From NCBI GenBank assembly GCA_003598025.1, contig QZKH01000003.1:503221-567220 (forward strand): a DNA stretch of 64,000 nucleotides, in the 5' to 3' direction. Below, one piece after another: positions 58,784-64,000 of this stretch (its first letter is position 1; each line of letters starts with the position of its first letter). This DNA is from Candidatus Omnitrophota bacterium. Its GTDB lineage: Bacteria; Omnitrophota; Gorgyraeia; Gygaellales; Profunditerraquicolaceae. Both the position numbers and the translations under genes were made by a program. Below the pieces are notes generated by a model. The model made no database searches. It was not told the origin of the DNA and saw only the letters and a list, made by a program, of their open reading frames with translations.

Positions 58784-60139
58784 TTAGACCTTTTGAATTG
58801 TTATAAATAATATTATATTACTTGGCTCTCTAGAAATCTTTATATCGAAACCATCTATCTCGCTTTTAACTATTAGATTTAACAGATGATTCTCTTCTCG
58901 CGGATAGAAACTCCAATCACACCACCAATCAGGCGGTAAAGGTTTATATTTGCTTACATCTTTATGTGCGATAATTAATCTACCCTTAGAATTTAACAAG
59001 TTAAAACAAAAGCTTATTAAATTTTTTAAAACTCTATCAGGGAGATAATCGGCTAATCCTATACTATAGATTAAATCATACTTACCTAAGATCTCAGAAT
59101 ACTTGCTATTTTGATTAATGTAATCTAATACGTTGTGCTGAAAAAAATGAAGGGGTACCTTGTTAACAACTTCGTTTAAGGACTCTTCTGAAAATTTTAG
59201 GGCTTCTTCATCTTGATCAACTAATGAAAAGGAAACATTGTTCTTGAGCAACAATTTTGAGTCAGATAGCACCTCCTTTATTTCTCGACAAGAACCACAA
59301 GCTATATTTAAAATTCTAATCTTTGGTAAATGTACTTCCTTAATGATAAAATCCCTTAATATTTTCCCCATTTCATTTTCTCGGTTTCTTACTGCTACAG
59401 CATAAGCATTACTTAATAAATATTTATCATAACAATATCCTAAAGCCGATGATAGAGGCTTGTTATCATAAATTATTTCTATTAATTTATAATCCCCAGG
59501 ATAGCCTCTGGGTTTCTCAAAAGCATGCTTAACGATCTCTGCCTTATAAACCCATGGCCCACAAATCTCCCTGAAAGCCTTCTTAACCTTCTTAATCAGT
59601 ATTTTATTATTTAACTGATTTTCTAATTCGTCCCCTTTTTGCACGATATTATCGTTAATAGTAACTATCTCCTTATAAATTTTCTCTTTGTCTTCACCCT
59701 GTTCTAAAGATTGTGCCATTTTGACTAATTTATTCATATAATCTTTAAAATCTACATTCCAGAAATTAGAAATCAAATCCTGAGTCTTTTTATCACCTAC
59801 CTTATTTAATAGCGATTTAAGACTATTTTTGATTAAAATGGTACGAAGGTTTTCTAAATCCTTCTCCTTTAGTCTTATAAAACATGCCCCATAAGTAAAT
59901 TTACCATCAGAAAGTAAATGCTTGTTCCATATTACCTTAAATTCCGTATCAATATATTCTTCTGCAGAAAGTTTTATTTTAGCCTTAGCCCTAGTTAAAA
60001 GTAATGGTTTTTGTAAAATGAATTTAAACCCGACCTCGCTTAAGTCAACAGTTGTACCAATAAATTCTGGACTTATTTGTATCGGAAGTTCTGCGTCAAT
60101 CCTAGGAAAAATCCTTTTTTCTGATTCTCTGTATTTCAT
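58784..60139 (-). CDS. PilZ + class I SAM-dependent methyltransferase (PhcB-like)
   Basis: PilZ RIFPR and DLSEVG; KPRGYPGDY, AVRNR, NIACGSCRE, DQD, YSIGLADYL. Confidence 0.78.
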   Translation of the reverse strand: MKYRESEKRIFPRIDAELPIQISPEFIGTTVDLSEVGFKFILQKPLLLTRAKAKIKLSAEEYIDTEFKVIWNKHLLSDGKFTYGACFIRLKEKDLENLRTILIKNSLKSLLNKVGDKKTQDLISNFWNVDFKDYMNKLVKMAQSLEQGEDKEKIYKEIVTINDNIVQKGDELENQLNNKILIKKVKKAFREICGPWVYKAEIVKHAFEKPRGYPGDYKLIEIIYDNKPLSSALGYCYDKYLLSNAYAVAVRNRENEMGKILRDFIIKEVHLPKIRILNIACGSCREIKEVLSDSKLLLKNNVSFSLVDQDEEALKFSEESLNEVVNKVPLHFFQHNVLDYINQNSKYSEILGKYDLIYSIGLADYLPDRVLKNLISFCFNLLNSKGRLIIAHKDVSKYKPLPPDWWCDWSFYPREENHLLNLIVKSEIDGFDIKISREPSNIILFITIQKV

Positions 60140-60181
60140 TAGCTATCTCTCCTTCTATTTATAGTTTAAATGATTGCAGTA

Positions 60182-60400
60182 TTATCTTGAAACAACATCT
60201 GTTTTCCTGCGTCCTTTTTCATGGGTATAATACCTTTCCTTCTCGGCCATCCATTTATCAATCGAGTCTTTATTGAACCGCCATATCCTACCTACTTTTG
60301 CCGCTGGGATACGATGTTTAGAGAGAAGGACGTATACCATAGGTTTCGAAAGCTTAACATAACGACACACTTCCTCAAGAGTCATAAATTTTTCTTCCAT
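60182..60400 (-). CDS. Excisionase-family HTH (HTH_17) DNA-binding protein
   Basis: MTLEEVCRYVKLSKPMVY...IPAAKVGRIWRF...IDKW. Confidence 0.88.
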   Translation of the reverse strand: MEEKFMTLEEVCRYVKLSKPMVYVLLSKHRIPAAKVGRIWRFNKDSIDKWMAEKERYYTHEKGRRKTDVVSR

Positions 60401-60463
60401 ATCTACCTCTCTTCTATCGGTAAAGATGCGTCATAATTCGATTATTACCGTATATCAGCAGAT

Positions 60464-60492
60464 ATAATATCAAACTATCTTAAATAAGTCAA
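60464..60492 (-). promoter_or_regulatory. Promoter of the HTH-methyltransferase-kinase operon
   Basis: TTGACT-N17-TATTAT on the minus strand. Confidence 0.6.
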
Positions 60493-60521
60493 AGAATTTC
60501 TCTTTCTTGCTATTATACGGC

Positions 60522-61730
60522 GAATTGCAACTCTAATTGCGACAAAATTTTAATTCCCGATCAAAGCTGTTACTTTGCAAGTACTCAGCAGCCACCTGCT
60601 TAGGCGTCTTATACGCCAGAATTTTTCTTGGATAAGCGTTCATCCAACCTTCTATGTCTTTAATCTGTGACTCCTTAAAGTCGGCGATATCCGTGCCTTT
60701 GGGGATAAATCTACGGATCATCCGGTTGTGATTCTCATTCGTGCCGCGTTCCCAAGAACTAAATGAATGAGCAAAGTAGATTGTTGTTCTGCGTCTTTTA
60801 TCAAAAATGCTGATTTCCAGCGATCTCCAGTCTAAAAATTCAGCACCATTATCAAAGGTTATAGACTTAAACTTACTTTTGAAGCCTTGGCTGTATTTAC
60901 GCTCCAGTTCATCAATCGCTGCTTTTATCGCCTCCTGCGAAGCCTGCGCCACTTTTATAATAATTTCTTCGCGGCTCTTTCGCTCGGTCAGCGTGATAAG
61001 GCTAGTTTTTGATCTCCTGGGCCCTTTTATCGTATCGCCTTCCCAATGCCCATAATCACGGCGCTTTTCAACCGCCAAGGGCCGCTTCTCGATGCTTCGA
61101 CACATCCGGTTCGTCCGACTCACCCTACCGACTGGACGATACTTTCGGCGTTTCTTGTTGCGCTTCTGCCATAAATCCTTATTGCTTATGCCCGAAAAAA
61201 TCCCTTTATCTATATAGTTATACAACGTCTTTGTGCAGATCATTCCGGTAAACTTTCGTCCGCTAACCTTAATCTCACCGATAACCGCGTCAGGAGAGAA
61301 TCGTTCATCTATCAGTTTCACCCGAATGTATTCTTCCAGTTCTTTATCTCTGCCGATCTTTAATGACCGTTCTTTGTTACGCCCTCGCTTTTCATACTCT
61401 GCCTGCCCTACATGAGCCCGATATGTTATTTTCTCTGACAAATCATACTGTAGCCGCGCTACTGCGCCTCGCCCGATCTCCCGGTATATCGTCGCTTTGT
61501 TCCGGCGAAGCAATTTTGCGATCTCTGCTACTTTTTTACGGTCTGCCAACAATACTTCAATCTTGTAACGCTCTGACTCCTTTAAATGCGCATACCTCTT
61601 CTTTGTGCTACAATAGTCTCGCTCCATAGATCTCCTGTTCTTTGTTTGTGTGAGAACTTACAAAGTAACAGTTTTTCTTTGATCTGTGGAGCTTTTTTTA
61701 ACTCTTCTTGTCGCACTTCAGTTTACAATC
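60522..61730 (-). mobile_element. IS30-family insertion sequence
   Basis: Imperfect terminal IRs attgcaactctaattgcgacaa / ttgtcgcacttcagtttacaat; flanking 15-bp direct repeat ttcttgctattatac (60504, 61735). Confidence 0.88.
60533..61627 (-). CDS. IS30-family transposase
   Basis: N-terminal HTH, GHWEGDT, TFDNGAEF, WERGTNENHNRMIRRFIPKG. Confidence 0.95.
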   Translation of the reverse strand: MERDYCSTKKRYAHLKESERYKIEVLLADRKKVAEIAKLLRRNKATIYREIGRGAVARLQYDLSEKITYRAHVGQAEYEKRGRNKERSLKIGRDKELEEYIRVKLIDERFSPDAVIGEIKVSGRKFTGMICTKTLYNYIDKGIFSGISNKDLWQKRNKKRRKYRPVGRVSRTNRMCRSIEKRPLAVEKRRDYGHWEGDTIKGPRRSKTSLITLTERKSREEIIIKVAQASQEAIKAAIDELERKYSQGFKSKFKSITFDNGAEFLDWRSLEISIFDKRRRTTIYFAHSFSSWERGTNENHNRMIRRFIPKGTDIADFKESQIKDIEGWMNAYPRKILAYKTPKQVAAEYLQSNSFDRELKFCRN

Positions 61731-61885
61731 TTTATTCTTGCTATTATACTGAGCAATACTTTAAAATCTTTGACGGTTAATTCATCTGCTACCTTCAACC
61801 CGCAATCATATCGCAAAAAATGATGGAGTCTGATTATTCTTTTTGTTTCCGTAATCAAAGATTTTGGAACTTTTCTATATCTCAT
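61718..61885 (-). pseudogene. Small ORF whose 3' end is replaced by the IS30 end
   Basis: Read by hand: AGGAGG RBS, MRYRKVPK...LLSIIAR then IKIVN* inside the IS IR; frame continues as KRNSLTYLR* on the far side of the IS. Confidence 0.55.
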
Positions 61886-61938
61886 TGTGCCACCTCCTAA
61901 TATAACTGACGCAGAAAGTAGCCAAATCTAACAAGAAA

Positions 61939-62559
61939 TTATGCTATTTTATCTGCTTCCAATAGCTCCTTTCCCATAATAAAGCTAAACCCATACCCCA
62001 ATTCCATCTGACATAATATCTTCCCGTCAAACCAATGGCAGTCTTCTCCATCGCTTACAACTTTAATTTTATCTTTCAGGTAGTGCTTGGCTATAATCAG
62101 AAAAGTTATCACTGCTAGATCGTACGGCCGAAAAGCAGTTTTCGTACAGTCAAAATATCTGCCGTTTTTTGGTTCGCTGTAATCGGACAGGTTTAATATT
62201 CTATCAAATAGAAAAGTCTCGTAAGAACAATCCCCATCACAAACCCGCTTCTCTATCTCGGCTCCTGCAAACCAATGTCCTTTCTGCGCGTCTTCTATAA
62301 AAGGATTGGCGATTCCACCGGCATTCTTTGTGGGCCAGGGAATAGTAATTGCTTCATTCTTTGGGTGGCCGCACTTAGATAAGCCGTTAAACCATACCCT
62401 ATCATAATTAATTACCGGCTGACCCTCACCATGCCCGTTTGCTAAAATAACGCCTGCTTCCTGCATCTTAGGCAAAACTTTCCTGAAATCATCCACTATA
62501 TTAACAAAATCTTTCTGATCAATTTCCCTTTCCCTGTACCAATAATGAGTGTATCCCAT
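61939..62559 (-). CDS. Hypothetical MGE/phage-type protein (MGYTHYW family)
   Basis: MGYTHYW N-terminus, YETF, CTKTAFRPYD, VSDG. Confidence 0.75.
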   Translation of the reverse strand: MGYTHYWYREREIDQKDFVNIVDDFRKVLPKMQEAGVILANGHGEGQPVINYDRVWFNGLSKCGHPKNEAITIPWPTKNAGGIANPFIEDAQKGHWFAGAEIEKRVCDGDCSYETFLFDRILNLSDYSEPKNGRYFDCTKTAFRPYDLAVITFLIIAKHYLKDKIKVVSDGEDCHWFDGKILCQMELGYGFSFIMGKELLEADKIA

Positions 62560-62574
62560 TTGTCTTATCTCCTT

Positions 62575-62778
62575 TTACCTAATGCAGGAAAAATAGCAGT
62601 TCCTGCAATCATCATTGTTATTTTCGCTTGAGCATTTCTCGCAAACTGGCCTTTTATCCAAAGAAGCCATGGACCGTAACAGCAGCTTTTCAACTATCAC
62701 AGTCATTGGTTTTCCTTGCGATTGCTTTAACCTGTAAAGCGTCTTGATCATTGTCTCGCTTAACACCGGACTATACAT
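62575..62778 (-). CDS. Small RHH-like/Cys-rich hypothetical protein
   Basis: MYSPVLSE...LYRLK...KPMT; CEKC...CRNC; GGAGG RBS. Confidence 0.65.
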   Translation of the reverse strand: MYSPVLSETMIKTLYRLKQSQGKPMTVIVEKLLLRSMASLDKRPVCEKCSSENNNDDCRNCYFSCIR

Positions 62779-62900
62779 TCTGCGCTCACCTCCTTCGGCT
62801 CGTCGGCAACCTCAACCCACAATACGCCGTCGATTACTATCCAATCCTGGACTTCGCTCCAAGTTATTTCTTTGGTTAATTTGTCTCTTTGTATCCACAT
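62760..62900 (-). CDS. 46-aa hypothetical peptide (below ORF-track cutoff)
   Basis: Read by hand: MWIQRDKLTKEITWSEVQDWIVIDGVLWVEV...; GAGG RBS, fills operon gap. Confidence 0.5.
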   Translation of the reverse strand: MWIQRDKLTKEITWSEVQDWIVIDGVLWVEVADEPKEVSAECIVRC

Positions 62901-62902
62901 TT

Positions 62903-63109
62903 TTAGACCTCCTCGTTAGGGAACATCATCGTGATGACACCTCCCTCGTTTACTACCCAAACCTCTACCCCTGCAAACCAGAAAACCTGCAGGCGAAGTT
63001 GATTTGTATCATCTTCTTTTCTCGCGTCAACCTGCTGCCAGATTCTCTCGATCTGACCCATGGTCAACTTCTCGGTTACTTGATCTGTAATCTTTTTAAT
63101 TTCCTGCAT
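62903..63109 (-). CDS. DUF960-like small protein
   Basis: LQVF...VWVVNEGGVITMMFPNE. Confidence 0.6.
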   Translation of the reverse strand: MQEIKKITDQVTEKLTMGQIERIWQQVDARKEDDTNQLRLQVFWFAGVEVWVVNEGGVITMMFPNEEV

Positions 63110-63402
63110 TAGAAATCACCTCCCTCGTCAAGCAAATCCTTATGCTTTTCAACAAAGGCTTCCAAGCTTTCAGAGCCGTTTGGCTTAATGCCTTTAGCCA
63201 TAAGCTTATAAACGTTCTTCATTAGATTTCTTTCTTCCCAGAGAGCGGATAGGCCAAATGCCTGCTCCGGAAGATCCTCTTGATACGTTCTGTATTGAGA
63301 ATTACGCGGCTTTGAATACCTTTCCATACAGGCATCCGCGCGCAGCACCCCATCCTCAAATTTTTCGTTTTTCTTTAATACTTCTTTTTTTACTTGGCTC
63401 AT
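63109..63402 (-). CDS. Hypothetical protein, first gene after the large hairpin
   Basis: AGGAGG RBS; translationally coupled to the next ORF. Confidence 0.7.
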   Translation of the reverse strand: MSQVKKEVLKKNEKFEDGVLRADACMERYSKPRNSQYRTYQEDLPEQAFGLSALWEERNLMKNVYKLMAKGIKPNGSESLEAFVEKHKDLLDEGGDF

Positions 63403-63406
63403 GTAA

Positions 63407-63710
63407 GCCTCCTTTCTTTTGACGCCTAAAAATCCAAGCCCAATGATTTGAAGTGATTTTTAAGGCAACCCAAAAAATCACGGTCTTTTGTCAAGAAAAC
63501 AGGTATGCCCGAAAGCAAACGACGCAAGGAGTGAGCTTTCCTGGGAGTCCTTGAGAAAAATTGAGACTCCCCGAAGGGGCAGAATACTTCTGATACCTTG
63601 CATCTTGAGGCAGACCACAAGTGCAAGGTAGAGGCGAATTATTCTCAAGGATTTTCTTGCACAAAAGTCAATCTTGGGCTATTTTTACGGCGGAGAAGAA
63701 GAAAGAGGCG
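63407..63710 (+). promoter_or_regulatory. ~300-nt nested stem-loop, Frpo/ssi-like single-stranded promoter candidate
   Basis: Complementary pairs aagcccaa/ttgggct, tgtcaagaaaa/ttttcttgcaca, ccttgagaa/ttctcaagg, taccttgca/tgcaaggta plus side hairpins. Confidence 0.65.
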
Positions 63711-63819
63711 TAACTTGAAGACAAGGAAAAACAGGAAGAAAATTTGAGGATGGACAAAAAGCGCGGAACCGTGGAAAAACTGAATTCCCAACTATCCGCT
63801 CTCTTCTTGAGCTTTGCTT

Positions 63820-63999
63820 TTATTTAGGCTGGTTTAAGATTTTCTTATTCTCAAACCCTTTTGCCCGGTATTCAATTATGTGGTAATGAATTGAGCCTTC
63901 CACATCAACGTACCCAAGCGTTATATCAGCCATTTTGATATCGCTGTCCAAAGCTAAATCATCGAAGTTTTTAATCTGCTTATGCAATTCTTTTAACCA
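63820..63999 (-). CDS. Hypothetical protein, C-terminal part only
   Basis: Open frame WLKELHKQ...LGYVDVEGSIHYHIIEY...QPK* entering from the window end. Confidence 0.55.
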   Translation of the reverse strand, partial: WLKELHKQIKNFDDLALDSDIKMADITLGYVDVEGSIHYHIIEYRAKGFENKKILNQPK

Positions 64000-64000
64000 G

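Larger units (their letters stand above)
23717..64000. mobile_element. Probable integrative element / genomic island (right end outside window)
   Basis: Serine integrase, O-like initiator with iterons, superinfection immunity gene, excisionase-like HTH, leading-region-like small genes; no structural or transfer genes seen here. Confidence 0.65.

Noticed and set aside
63426-63626. 66-aa minus-strand ORF
   Set aside because: Falls inside the large stem-loop and lacks an RBS; likely spurious
23717-64000. Intact prophage
   Set aside because: No terminase, capsid, tail or lysis genes in the window

Overview
Low-GC bacterial window, probably Candidatus Omnitrophota (inferred from the style of the giant protein, not proven). 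It has three parts. (1) 1-16.2 kb: host-like genes (msrBA, arfB, M48 peptidase, deaminase, DEAD helicase, a peptidoglycan-remodelling operon, aqpZ, persulfide dioxygenase-rhodanese). (2) 16.3-23.3 kb: an AT-rich defence cassette (OLD ATPase-TOPRIM, PD-(D/E)XK nuclease, KTSC, DUF4145-like, LexA-DNA methyltransferase fusion, TaqI-family REase, controller) exactly bracketed by GC-rich inverted repeats with a 70/71-bp identical core. (3) 23.7 kb to the window end: a probable integrative element with a large serine recombinase, a decayed lambda-O-like initiator with iterons, a GEMM-I riboswitch carrying the cGAMP-type A20 base, a 6541-aa multi-enzyme membrane protein with a secreted partner, and a dense signalling island. 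The island holds a PilZ-fused PhcB-like methyltransferase, a 7TM-GAF histidine kinase, an acyl carrier protein, ten receiver proteins and three kinase-less H-box modules. It is followed by an IS30 and a small-gene operon behind a ~300-nt Frpo-like hairpin. The best candidate for an undescribed system is a mobile, cyclic-dinucleotide-gated, Phc-like quorum-sensing phosphorelay that may control the giant protein. All family assignments come from motifs recognised by eye; no database search was run.
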